From IMG/VR virus record IMGVR_UViG_3300042363_000275, positions 10,862 to 74,861 of that record: a stretch of DNA of 64,000 bases. One strand, 5' to 3'. Source of the stretch: a virus. Lineage: Duplodnaviria; Caudoviricetes. Shown here in pieces: positions 15,708 to 24,890 of this stretch. The position numbers and the translations under genes were made by a program. The notes under the pieces were generated by a model. It ran no database searches and was not told the origin of the DNA. It saw nothing but the letters and a program-made list of their open reading frames with translations. The first letter of the stretch is position 1, and each line of letters starts with the position of its first letter.

Positions 15708-16367
15708 TTATTCTTGTGCGATGAATTGTGTTGATAGAGGGAATATTTCAGCAATAACCTTGGCGCACTCTTTCGCGATATCCATATGTTCTTTTTGAGT
15801 GCCGTTACCGCTTCGGAGTTGTATATAGTGAATCCAAGATCTTAATGTACCGCTCATGTACATACGGGACATAGTTAATCCCTCTGGAAGAACAGCACGA
15901 GCCTGTTCTTTAGCAATATTGTTATCGATTGCCCATCTGTAGACTTGTTTTACATGGTCAAGTAATTCTTGTTGCTTTCTATTCCATTCATACTGTACAA
16001 ATAATTCTGCGCCAGAAATAGAATTTTGGCGGTTAGTTGGGTCTTGAAGTCTCGCTTCTCGGGTAACAAATTCCAGGTCCTTTGTTGGGTCTGCGTAACG
16101 CTGCGAGAACTCCTGAAAAGAAAACGAGCGATGGCGAAGAATCTGACGAGCAATGTCTCTAGTTGTTTCAATTTCTAGACACATTGTTGCCATTTCTAGC
16201 GGTGACCAGTGCTGATGCTTCACCAGATACTTGATCAATTTCTCAGCAGTTTCACTGTTTAATTGATTAGAGGGATTGGAGACTCTTGCGCAATAAGCAA
16301 CAAGGTCCGTTGGTGTCTCCAATCCCTCTAAAACTGGTTTACTATATGATACTAATTGTACTTTCAT
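15708..16367 (-). CDS. thyX: flavin-dependent thymidylate synthase
   Basis: RHRSFSFQEFSQRY signature. Confidence 0.95.
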   Translation of the reverse strand: MKVQLVSYSKPVLEGLETPTDLVAYCARVSNPSNQLNSETAEKLIKYLVKHQHWSPLEMATMCLEIETTRDIARQILRHRSFSFQEFSQRYADPTKDLEFVTREARLQDPTNRQNSISGAELFVQYEWNRKQQELLDHVKQVYRWAIDNNIAKEQARAVLPEGLTMSRMYMSGTLRSWIHYIQLRSGNGTQKEHMDIAKECAKVIAEIFPLSTQFIAQE

Positions 16368-16368
16368 A

Positions 16369-16629
16369 TTAAAAATCCTTCACATTAAAAATTTGTGTTT
16401 GTAGATGCTTAACTTCTTTCCAACCACCTTCAGCAGCCAAAGTTTGTGCACGAATAGAGGCATCGGCGTAATCCATAAACTTGCTATCATCAAACCACCA
16501 CCACTTATCTAAAAAGAATTTTGGTTTGCGGCGATATTCAACATACCAATGTCCAGCATGAAACTGCAGTCTTACTTGAGTGATCGGATTTTTTACAATT
16601 TCTAAACCGAGGTCTGATAGATTACTCAT
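16369..16629 (-). CDS. hypothetical protein
   Basis: ORF track, tightly packed with neighbours. Confidence 0.6.
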   Translation of the reverse strand: MSNLSDLGLEIVKNPITQVRLQFHAGHWYVEYRRKPKFFLDKWWWFDDSKFMDYADASIRAQTLAAEGGWKEVKHLQTQIFNVKDF

Positions 16630-16630
16630 G

Positions 16631-17707
16631 TTAACACCTTTTCCAACTTGTAAAGGTTAATTTTGCAGATAAACCTTTGTGCGTATTTCTATCTATAATA
16701 TCTTTTATCTCGTCTGAAGTCAAACCATTTTGTATCATTTCGTTAATATCTTTCCCAGGGACATCGTCTGGAAACAAACAAACAGAATGACCAGCGTCAA
16801 TTGATTTCTCAATCTGCTTTACAATATCTTTATTTCTTCTTTCGTTATCGTAGACCAGAACAGTATCTAGTTCTGGAAAAATTGCTGCCACGCCGCCCAA
16901 ATTGCTATCACCAGAGGCAACACAATTCGGCAAGAAATAAGAATCAAACTGTCCTTCAACGACATAGATTCTATCTTCTTTCCGTACACGGTGCAATCCA
17001 AACACCTTTTTCTCATCTGACACCTTTACAGTGACATACCGAATCTTGGATTCAGACAATGCCCTTCCTGCGACGTTTGTAATCTCACCCTTTTCGTTGG
17101 TGTAAAGGAGAACTATACGATCGTCGTTTGGGACCTCGTCTTTACCATGATTGGGAAACTCTTTGTCTAGGAAATCAAAAAATTTGGGGACAAATAGAAT
17201 CTCGCCCCAGAACTTCTCAGGAATCTTCCTATTTTTTATATAGTCACGAGCATAGTGCTCTTCAGGAAGATTTACTATACTATAATGTTCAAACGCTCGC
17301 CATGTTCTATCCAGGCTTTCAACTGGCTCTGGATCTGTTCTGGTGTTGTTGCCTGATGACTGGAATCGGGCATAGGCGTTTCCTTTGAGGTGTTCGAAGT
17401 CAGGCTTTTTGTAGTTGTGATTTCCTGTTTCGCCATTAGAATATCGTTCCAAGATGTACTGTTTGTAGGTTGTACCGTCGGTGTATTCCAAAAACTTTGC
17501 GAACGTCGTCGACTTGCCGCAGTTGTGGCAAATGAAGAAGTAGTCGTTGGACTTGCGATAAACATAGCCTCTCGCCTTTAGTTTGTTCTTCTTTGAATCG
17601 CCGCAGTAAGGGCAACGAAAGTTATAGAGATCAGTTTGCTTTTGCTTAAACTGTTCTAACTTTGATGATACAAAACCTAAAAATTTTCTGTCAATGTAAA
17701 CAGACAT
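16631..17707 (-). CDS. gp61: T4-like DNA primase
   Basis: Zn finger CPYCGDS...CHNCG and Toprim YVVEGQFDS...VYDNE...DINEM. Confidence 0.95.
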   Translation of the reverse strand: MSVYIDRKFLGFVSSKLEQFKQKQTDLYNFRCPYCGDSKKNKLKARGYVYRKSNDYFFICHNCGKSTTFAKFLEYTDGTTYKQYILERYSNGETGNHNYKKPDFEHLKGNAYARFQSSGNNTRTDPEPVESLDRTWRAFEHYSIVNLPEEHYARDYIKNRKIPEKFWGEILFVPKFFDFLDKEFPNHGKDEVPNDDRIVLLYTNEKGEITNVAGRALSESKIRYVTVKVSDEKKVFGLHRVRKEDRIYVVEGQFDSYFLPNCVASGDSNLGGVAAIFPELDTVLVYDNERRNKDIVKQIEKSIDAGHSVCLFPDDVPGKDINEMIQNGLTSDEIKDIIDRNTHKGLSAKLTFTSWKRC

Positions 17708-17740
17708 AAAACCATCACAAAATTCACCAACGGATTAAAC

Positions 17741-17769
17741 ATTATATACTATTTTATTTCGAAAGGCAA
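17741..17769 (-). promoter_or_regulatory. promoter upstream of primase
   Basis: TTGCCT, 17 bp, TATAAT. It shares 17 identical bp with the promoter at 53618-53646. Confidence 0.7.
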
Positions 17770-18093
17770 CCCTAACTTGGATAAAATCCATCCAATAACA
17801 ACCGCTCCACCCATCACCAACCAACGCCATTTGTTCAGATCTTCGATCTTTTGTTTTTCAACTTCGTGGTGCAGTTTCATTTCTTGCCGAAGTGCTTTGA
17901 TCTCATCCATAATAGATGACTCAATCTCTTCGATCTTGTTATGAACTTCACGGAGTTCGTCGTTATGCTGCTTCTCAAGTTTATCAAGAGTACGATCGAA
18001 CTTTTCGTAGATGACTGAGAAGAAAGAAATCTTCTCTCGCATTGCAGCGACCTCAGTCTCTATTTTACTGAGTTTGTTCTCAAAGTCAACCAT
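17749..18093 (-). CDS. coiled-coil protein with C-terminal transmembrane helix
   Basis: Heptad-rich sequence ending WRWLVMGGAVVIGWIL. Confidence 0.65.
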   Translation of the reverse strand: MVDFENKLSKIETEVAAMREKISFFSVIYEKFDRTLDKLEKQHNDELREVHNKIEEIESSIMDEIKALRQEMKLHHEVEKQKIEDLNKWRWLVMGGAVVIGWILSKLGLPFEIK

Positions 18094-18289
18094 TGTTTTC
18101 TATCCCGTACATGTGCTTGAGCAAGTATTGTCTGGTTTTGTTATTCTTGTTTTTACAGATCTCATCACTCACCTTTGTTTCCCATATAAACGGAAACAAA
18201 CCATGTACTAGCAAAATAAATGCCCACTTCCAAGATCGGAGTAGATGCTTTATGTAGGATATATTATTGTCCTGCAGGTGTGACATCAC
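18086..18289 (-). CDS. small membrane-associated protein (DUF6356-like)
   Basis: HL.....SY..H......AFILLVHGLFPF pattern. Confidence 0.55.
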   Translation of the reverse strand: MMSHLQDNNISYIKHLLRSWKWAFILLVHGLFPFIWETKVSDEICKNKNNKTRQYLLKHMYGIENNG

Positions 18290-18458
18290 GAAGTAATTCT
18301 GATTGCGCTGGTGCCGCTGGAATTATTGTCTTGAGTGGCTTTGGTGGCGCCATCAATTCTTTTGGTGGTTCAGGCATTTCTATCTTTGGCACCAAACGAG
18401 TCAATGGATTTGCGCAACCAGCAAGAAACAAAAGGGAAAGTGCTAGAATATACTTCAT
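18264..18458 (-). CDS. o-spanin (Rz1-like lipoprotein)
   Basis: Lipobox LAGC and a Pro-rich mature part. ATGA overlap with the i-spanin stop. Confidence 0.75.
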   Translation of the reverse strand: MKYILALSLLFLAGCANPLTRLVPKIEMPEPPKELMAPPKPLKTIIPAAPAQSELLRDVTPAGQ

Positions 18459-19009
18459 TTCGCTGCCTCCCCTTTCTTCCATGGCATTTCTGGTAGTTTA
18501 ATATCCAAGCCACGGTCTGCGTTTTGTTTATCTACGGATGCTTTTGTTTCAAGAATCCATGATTGCAAACTTACTAGTTGCTGAGCGTTTTGCAAACAGA
18601 CAGAATAGTTTGCCAATACCGTACCAAGTGCCTGATTGTCTTTTACAACTGAATCCGTATCATCAGTTGTCATTTCAGGATTGAGTTCCTCGCCCTTTAC
18701 GCTAGTGTCATGCAAGTAAACCCAACCGTTTGTTAGATTGAATTTGCCTGGAACTTGCTGTTCAGCAGCATCACGATAAATTGTTTCTCTTTGAGTGACA
18801 ACTTTAATCTTGTCAACATACTCAGTAACAACTCTTTCCTTGATGTTTCTTTGCTCTTTTTCAAGTTCAATCTTCAGTTGCTCTGCTTCGTTTGCAGCCT
18901 TCTGAACCATAACTTCGCCAGCGTCAGTGCCTTTCTTGTAGCCAGCAGCAAATGCACCGCCAACTATAAGAACAACTGCGAGGATTTTATATGGTAACGG
19001 TATAAGCAT
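18455..19009 (-). CDS. i-spanin (Rz-like)
   Basis: N-terminal TM followed by a coiled coil and C-terminal Cys. It directly precedes the lipoprotein. Confidence 0.7.
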   Translation of the reverse strand: MLIPLPYKILAVVLIVGGAFAAGYKKGTDAGEVMVQKAANEAEQLKIELEKEQRNIKERVVTEYVDKIKVVTQRETIYRDAAEQQVPGKFNLTNGWVYLHDTSVKGEELNPEMTTDDTDSVVKDNQALGTVLANYSVCLQNAQQLVSLQSWILETKASVDKQNADRGLDIKLPEMPWKKGEAAK

Positions 19010-19018
19010 ATGCCACCT

Positions 19019-19438
19019 TTATTCGCACCAACTTTGCTTCTTTTCACCAAAGTATGCTCGAGCATGACCATTCTTGATCAATAGTTCAGATAATTTTTGA
19101 CCATCGACAATTAGATCACCGAGCACACGCCCACCGAACTTGTCATGCTCTTTCAATTCAATCTGAATCTTTTTAGCATTGGCGACAAGGTTCTTGGTGA
19201 AAGCGCTGGCTTTTTCGGCTGCAGCAGCCTCTGCTGGGCAAGCTGCGCGACCACCCTTTTCTGGAGTATCAACACCAAGAACGCGCAAACTTAATTGCGG
19301 CTTGAGTGGTGCTGGTAAAAATGGTGCTTCGAACACCACCGTGTCTCCATCACTGACTTTCAATATCTTGAAGTCATAAGGATTTGCAGCTGCAACACTG
19401 GAGAACGCAAACAATGAAAGGGCAAGTAACCGCTTCAT
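19019..19438 (-). CDS. secreted thermonuclease (SNase family)
   Basis: Signal peptide, VSDGDT, RVLGVDTPE and DKFGGRVLG. Confidence 0.9.
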   Translation of the reverse strand: MKRLLALSLFAFSSVAAANPYDFKILKVSDGDTVVFEAPFLPAPLKPQLSLRVLGVDTPEKGGRAACPAEAAAAEKASAFTKNLVANAKKIQIELKEHDKFGGRVLGDLIVDGQKLSELLIKNGHARAYFGEKKQSWCE

Positions 19439-19668
19439 TACTTTGCCTTCTTTGCGCGTGGCTTCTTAACCTTCTCTGTAACCTTCTCTGTAACCTTTTC
19501 TGCGACCTTCACTGCTTCTGTTTTTGCTTCAACAGCAACTTCTTTTGCAGCAACGACGACGTCTTTGTGATCGACAACACCGTCATCATTCTTGTCTGGA
19601 TCCTTAACTAATTTCCAAACAACCCAAACAGCAAAAGCAAGTAATATTAATACAACTAATGTTTCCAT
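19438..19668 (-). CDS. small single-TM protein with Lys/Glu-rich tail
   Basis: N-terminal hydrophobic helix and a DxNxDG motif. Confidence 0.65.
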   Translation of the reverse strand: METLVVLILLAFAVWVVWKLVKDPDKNDDGVVDHKDVVVAAKEVAVEAKTEAVKVAEKVTEKVTEKVKKPRAKKAK

Positions 19669-19681
19669 CGTAAACTCCTAA

Positions 19682-19906
19682 TTATTTTTTAGCGAATTTC
19701 TCCGCGACAGTAGTACCAAGTCCAGCCACAACAATCATCATCATAGAATCATACATAAATTGTTCCACTGTAAAATCCCAGAACAAGTTAAGCACGAATG
19801 CCAATGCAACTAAAAAGGTTGCTATAAAAGTTATTACACGCTTTGAAGATACAGAGCCATTGACTCCATCTGCAAGCATGGATTTGATGTTTCCGAGAAT
19901 GTCCAT
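19682..19906 (-). CDS. small two-TM membrane protein (holin-like candidate)
   Basis: SSKR followed by two hydrophobic helices. Confidence 0.6.
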   Translation of the reverse strand: MDILGNIKSMLADGVNGSVSSKRVITFIATFLVALAFVLNLFWDFTVEQFMYDSMMMIVVAGLGTTVAEKFAKK

Positions 19907-19915
19907 TTGGATCTC

Positions 19916-21949
19916 CTATTTAGAAGTGGCACGATAAACTCCGTCCCAATTCACAGGCGGTTTGCCATCCATTCTCTCGTCCATCATCTCATAGTATTTA
20001 GCCATTTCACCATCCCATAACACTTTCATTGCAGGGACCAAATTCCTAGCAATTTTCCAGTTACCTGCACGATAATGTAACAGGAAGTTTTCGTGCATAT
20101 AGAGAGCTGATTTGTCGTCATCAGGCGCGATCGTGAAGATCTTTACAGGTTCAGTTTTACCCTTCACCGCAATTAGATCTAATTCGATAACTGGGAACTC
20201 ACCCTTCACATACTCTGCAGTTTTAGGACCAATGACAATTTTAACACCATAAGGTTTAGATTGACCTTCGAGGCGAGCTGCTAGGTTAACTCCATCTCCC
20301 AAACAAGTGTAGTCAAACCTTTGTGTAGAACCCATATTGCCAACAACCACAGTATCGGTATTAATACCCAATCCCATGCCGAATGCTGGAACACCTTCTT
20401 TAGCAATTTCTTCATTGAATTTCTCCAGATCCTTGAGCATTGCTAAACCAGTACGAACAGCATTCTTTGCGTGCTGTGCATCATCCAATGGTGCATTCCA
20501 AAATGCCATCTGAGCATCGCCGATATACTTGTCCAGCGTGCCTTGATTTTCAATAATCCTTGCAGTCATTGCCGTCATATAACGATTCATGATTGCAGTC
20601 AGACCTTGAACATTCTTGCCGTAGTGCTCAGAAATTGTTGTGAATCCACGCACATCAGTAAACATGATTGAAAGTTCACGTGACTCACCGCCGAGTGCAA
20701 GTAACTCTGGATTCTTTTGTAGTTTTTCAACCATAGCTGGTGAAAGATAAGTGCCAAACTGCTTCTTAATTTGTTGCTTCTGTAGGAACTCAGAAACAAA
20801 CTTCACACCATAAGCATGAAGTGCAACAAGAATTAATCCTAAAGTAACAGCTGTTGGATCAAATAAGAACAACGAAGTCTTAAACGCATACAAACTATAT
20901 GCTACACCAGAGCCAATTAGAATCACAGTTGATGCGAGTCCAACATAAACCCAACGCGATAGCCCTATTAGCAATAGACCAGCAAGTAAAAGTGCAAGAA
21001 TTTCAAGTGACTCTGCATAATCTGGACGCTGAATGTTCACGCCGTTAATCATCGTTGCCACAACAGCAGCTTGCATATCCTGCGGCATCACTGGACCAAT
21101 TGCTGTCGGCACTGGGTTTGCTAAACCTGCTGCAGAAACACCAACGATAACTAATGCACCGTCAAATTTTTCTGGTAGATCTACCATCGAAACCTTTTTA
21201 TTCTTTTGCGACCAGTCTACCCACACACGACCATAAGAGTCTGTTGATACTGGACCGAACTGTGGAATGCGCATTTTCTCAACACCAAACTCATTCAGTT
21301 TAACTTGAAAGTTTGGATCACCTGCCATCACACGGAGGATTTCTAAAGATAGATGTGGATAAAGAATGCCATTAACAGAAACAATTAATGGCACTCGACG
21401 ATTCACACCGTCAATTTCTGGAAGAGTGTGTGTTGCACCAACGCCTGCTGCAGCGTTTTCGAGTTCAGGAATATTCGCAATGATTCCTGGATACTGTAAA
21501 ATCGTATCTTCGAACTCAGAACCAATAATTGCTGCGCCTGGATTTTTCGGCGAGTTCTTTGTTGCTGTTGATGGAACATTTGGAAGAATAACTGGTGCTT
21601 GTTGCATCACATCGAGTAATGCTTGGTCACCACCTAGACGATCAGATTCTGGCATGAGCACATTGAAAACAACTAACCCTGCGCCCCGATTATAAAGTTC
21701 AGCAATTAAATTTGCATACACATCACGCTTAAATGGATATTGCCCATACTTTTCCAAAGCAGCTTCGTCGATGTTTACGGTATAAACATTGTTTTCTGTT
21801 ACTGGTTTGTTTGCAATAAGAGTATCAAAATATCGGAGTCGGACGGACTCTACGAATTGAGGGTCAGATACTCTGATAGATAATACTATAGCAAGAGTTA
21901 ATAACGCAGTCCAAGCACTGAGTGCAACTTTATTCAATAACTTTTTCAT
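19916..21949 (-). CDS. CHASE2-domain class III adenylate/guanylate cyclase
   Basis: N-terminal TM, CHASE2 sensor (VNIDE, DGVNRRVPL) and TM bundle. Catalytic motifs FTDVRGFT, DKYIGDA, GIN.D.VVVGNMGS..RFDYT.LGDGVNLAARLE. Confidence 0.92.
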   Translation of the reverse strand: MKKLLNKVALSAWTALLTLAIVLSIRVSDPQFVESVRLRYFDTLIANKPVTENNVYTVNIDEAALEKYGQYPFKRDVYANLIAELYNRGAGLVVFNVLMPESDRLGGDQALLDVMQQAPVILPNVPSTATKNSPKNPGAAIIGSEFEDTILQYPGIIANIPELENAAAGVGATHTLPEIDGVNRRVPLIVSVNGILYPHLSLEILRVMAGDPNFQVKLNEFGVEKMRIPQFGPVSTDSYGRVWVDWSQKNKKVSMVDLPEKFDGALVIVGVSAAGLANPVPTAIGPVMPQDMQAAVVATMINGVNIQRPDYAESLEILALLLAGLLLIGLSRWVYVGLASTVILIGSGVAYSLYAFKTSLFLFDPTAVTLGLILVALHAYGVKFVSEFLQKQQIKKQFGTYLSPAMVEKLQKNPELLALGGESRELSIMFTDVRGFTTISEHYGKNVQGLTAIMNRYMTAMTARIIENQGTLDKYIGDAQMAFWNAPLDDAQHAKNAVRTGLAMLKDLEKFNEEIAKEGVPAFGMGLGINTDTVVVGNMGSTQRFDYTCLGDGVNLAARLEGQSKPYGVKIVIGPKTAEYVKGEFPVIELDLIAVKGKTEPVKIFTIAPDDDKSALYMHENFLLHYRAGNWKIARNLVPAMKVLWDGEMAKYYEMMDERMDGKPPVNWDGVYRATSK

Positions 21950-23025
21950 TAGTCACCTTGTATAACGCTGATTCTAGATCCACCTGCTGGATCGTTGATT
22001 TCAATTAAAAAAGATTTACCATTACTGTCAATGAGTAGAGTTTTTCCTTCGTCTTTTTGAAAGCGAACATCCACAACACTATTTAACGTCCTTACAAGAC
22101 GGATCTGGTCACCAGAAAGAATTGAAGTAATCTGCGTGCTAGAATCTAAACCAAAAATAGTTCCGCAAAGTTTAGTTCCTTCGCGTGTTTGGCAGTCGCC
22201 ACCACTAAGAGAATCATCTAGAAAATCTTCGCCTAAGAAGTTTGCGTCTATAGCATTAATATCTAGGTCAGAATCTGCAAGCGCATCTTCTTTGAGATCA
22301 TCTTTTGCTAGATAATCAATATCTAATTCTGAAAGATCTAGGATATTCTTTTTAGAAGCCTCTATGTCCTCTTGAGCAATAATTTCTCCTGGCGGCGAAA
22401 CAATCAACATATTATCAATCATATCTAATGATAAACTTAATATGACTGGTTGAGTTGGTCGGCTGTCCATTGTCGCGACCATAGTTGCTTGGTATGCGCG
22501 ATTTAATATCACCGTTCCTGCTGCGTTTGATACTGTAATTTCTCCAACTGAGCCATCAGGCTCTGGTAGTAAAATGATTAAACTTTTGCCAAAATCATCA
22601 ACCGTGGTGGCGAAATCTGTGCCACGAACTGCGATGGTGGCTGTTGGAGTTTTGAGATTAATATTTGCCTTGTTAATCTTACCGCCCTGCCCCGTGGCAA
22701 ACCGAACAGTGCCACTGGCAAATTTTAGTGCCATTTTAGATGTGGCAGGGTTTCCGCTGTAAACGAAGTCGTCGATAATCAACTTCGAGTGCTCGGTAAT
22801 CTTCACATTTGAATCGTCAACAAATCTAATTTCCACGCGACCATTACCAGTCTGGACATTATCCATCTGCTCAATGGGGAGAGCAAGTTTACCGCCAAAC
22901 TTTGTAGCCTTGCGAATAACCTCGCTGTTCCCCTTGAGATCAGATATTTGCCCTATACTAGCATGGACCACCTGCATTACACTGGTTAATAGTAATAGTG
23001 TTACTATTGCCAGTATGCGTGACAT
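21949..23025 (-). CDS. FecR-domain periplasmic protein
   Basis: Signal peptide, QTGNGRVEIRF.DDSNVKI and TPTATIAVRGTDF. Confidence 0.85.
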   Translation of the reverse strand: MSRILAIVTLLLLTSVMQVVHASIGQISDLKGNSEVIRKATKFGGKLALPIEQMDNVQTGNGRVEIRFVDDSNVKITEHSKLIIDDFVYSGNPATSKMALKFASGTVRFATGQGGKINKANINLKTPTATIAVRGTDFATTVDDFGKSLIILLPEPDGSVGEITVSNAAGTVILNRAYQATMVATMDSRPTQPVILSLSLDMIDNMLIVSPPGEIIAQEDIEASKKNILDLSELDIDYLAKDDLKEDALADSDLDINAIDANFLGEDFLDDSLSGGDCQTREGTKLCGTIFGLDSSTQITSILSGDQIRLVRTLNSVVDVRFQKDEGKTLLIDSNGKSFLIEINDPAGGSRISVIQGD

Positions 23026-23659
23026 TAACTGCGTCCACATTGGTTGTGCTCTTTTGATTGATAGTCAATGTATTGCTATTTCCTGTGACGGTAACATCTG
23101 CATTTTTACCTGCTAATCCGTCTTGAGTCATAGTCATAGTGTTTGTATCACCAGCAATATCTACATCATTAACGACGTCGTCGGCATTGATGTTAGATGT
23201 GTAGGTGTTACCGTCGCCAGTAATATCAATCGTTTGAGTTGCACCTGTAGCAGAAGCTGTTGTACCCTGATTAAAATTCAATGTATTTGAATCACCAGTT
23301 ACAACTAGAGTCTTTTCAGAACCTGCAACATCGCCGCTATCGCCCACATCGTAGTTGATAGTATTGCCGTCGCCTGTTACTGTGACATCTTCTACAACAT
23401 TGTCAGCCTGTTCAATTTTACCAGTGATGTTGTTATTGTTGCCATTTTGATCAATGTCAACATCCATTGCATCACCTTGAATTGATACACGAGCTTGCTC
23501 AGAGCCAATGCGGTTGTTTTGACCTTTTTGGCGAATATTAATATTACTATTGCCACCAACTTGGTCGATGTAAATCGAATTCGTTGTTGACTGACTATAT
23601 GCTAAAGAACTTGCAACAAAACAAGACATAACAAATAATGCCTTGATTGCATTTTTCAT
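22958..23659 (-). CDS. curlin-like (CsgA/CsgB-type) repeat protein
   Basis: Sec signal followed by repeated G-x-x-N...Q beta-solenoid units (QVGGNS, QKGQNN, QNGNNN, TGDSNT...NQ, TGNSNT...NQ). It follows csgG. Confidence 0.7.
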   Translation of the reverse strand: MKNAIKALFVMSCFVASSLAYSQSTTNSIYIDQVGGNSNINIRQKGQNNRIGSEQARVSIQGDAMDVDIDQNGNNNNITGKIEQADNVVEDVTVTGDGNTINYDVGDSGDVAGSEKTLVVTGDSNTLNFNQGTTASATGATQTIDITGDGNTYTSNINADDVVNDVDIAGDTNTMTMTQDGLAGKNADVTVTGNSNTLTINQKSTTNVDAVNVTHTGNSNTITINQCNAGGPC

Positions 23660-24447
23660 TTATCTGTCTCCTGATACTTCCAGTATCCCTTTTTTATACC
23701 CTGTTCTATTAGTTCTAAAACAGCTGCTTCGATGGCAGTTTTAACAGCCATTGTATTGGCTTCGTTTTCTGTCATCCCACCTTCTGCTTCGACTAACCTT
23801 GTGCCCACATCAACAAATCGAAATACTGAAATATCTCGACCGACCGAAAGGACAGTCTTTGATATGTTCACCGTCATCAGTATCTCGCCAGTGTTTGTCG
23901 ACACTGCTCTTAGAGCCACGACAACTTGATCCTTTCGGTACACAGTTGTTGCTCCTATACCCAAGTATCGCGCACCTGCGCCACCAGTTAAAATATTGGT
24001 GTCGTAGCCAATAATGCCACCTTGCAGCATAATTCCCGCAAATAACATAGGTTCGAGTTTATTCGCTTCTTTACCAAGATATTCTTCACGCGTCTGTCTT
24101 ACAATTTGACGCTCTTTAGCCAAGTCATCTACACGATTTCTCTCTACCACTTTAAACCAAGCCCCACCTCCTGCATTTTTTAGTGCATCAATCAACAACG
24201 CAGTTCCACCTTGTGTGACTGCACTTGATAAACTTGCAACACCACCAGCATCTTTACGCTGTCCTGTTAAATCAGGAAAGTCGTAAACGGCTACCACTGC
24301 CTGTTTTTCTGGTGGTGCAACTTTTTCTAATCCTGTTAATGACTGGGCTTTAACTACTTCTGGTTTGTCCTGCATTTCCAGGATACCATTTCCTATAGAC
24401 ATACATCCAGTCAAAAACAATAAACTTAAAAACAATAAACTTCTCAT
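23656..24447 (-). CDS. csgG: curli secretion channel lipoprotein CsgG
   Basis: Lipobox LTGC, VAVYDFPDLTGQRK, SAVTQG, F.VVER and GGIIGYDTNI.TGG.GARYLGIG. Confidence 0.92.
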   Translation of the reverse strand: MRSLLFLSLLFLTGCMSIGNGILEMQDKPEVVKAQSLTGLEKVAPPEKQAVVAVYDFPDLTGQRKDAGGVASLSSAVTQGGTALLIDALKNAGGGAWFKVVERNRVDDLAKERQIVRQTREEYLGKEANKLEPMLFAGIMLQGGIIGYDTNILTGGAGARYLGIGATTVYRKDQVVVALRAVSTNTGEILMTVNISKTVLSVGRDISVFRFVDVGTRLVEAEGGMTENEANTMAVKTAIEAAVLELIEQGIKKGYWKYQETDK

Positions 24448-24890
24448 TAGAACTTAAACCCGCTGAGTGGAATGATAATTTCTGTTGTATTACCTAGTGA
24501 ATCAGTAATTGTAAGTTTAATCTCAGTATCCGTTTTCTCATACTTGATAGTGTTACCGTCAAGCGAAAAGGTTCCATTGGCAGCACCTTGCTGACCAAAT
24601 AGATTATTTGTCAATTGCTGCGCTAACTGAGAATAGATTCTTGATTGTAGATTGTTCAAAAAACGATTTAGAATACTATTCTTTTCCTCCAATGCCGCAG
24701 ACTTTAATTCTGCCTCCAATTTATCTCGAATGGCTTTCTTACGAGTAAACTCTTGATTCTCAATTGTCAACCATTGAGCACCAGCACCCTGTCCACTAAA
24801 GGAAGGGTTCTTAAATTGATGAACAAGCTCTGTACTTTGCGCGCTACTTGCTAGGAGCAACGGCAGGATCAGGAGAATCTTTTTTCTCAT
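24447..24890 (-). CDS. csgF: curli assembly factor CsgF
   Basis: Start trimmed to MRKKILL (SD GAGG). Mature N-terminus ELVHQFKNPSFSG. Adjacent to csgG. Confidence 0.8.
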   Translation of the reverse strand: MRKKILLILPLLLASSAQSTELVHQFKNPSFSGQGAGAQWLTIENQEFTRKKAIRDKLEAELKSAALEEKNSILNRFLNNLQSRIYSQLAQQLTNNLFGQQGAANGTFSLDGNTIKYEKTDTEIKLTITDSLGNTTEIIIPLSGFKF

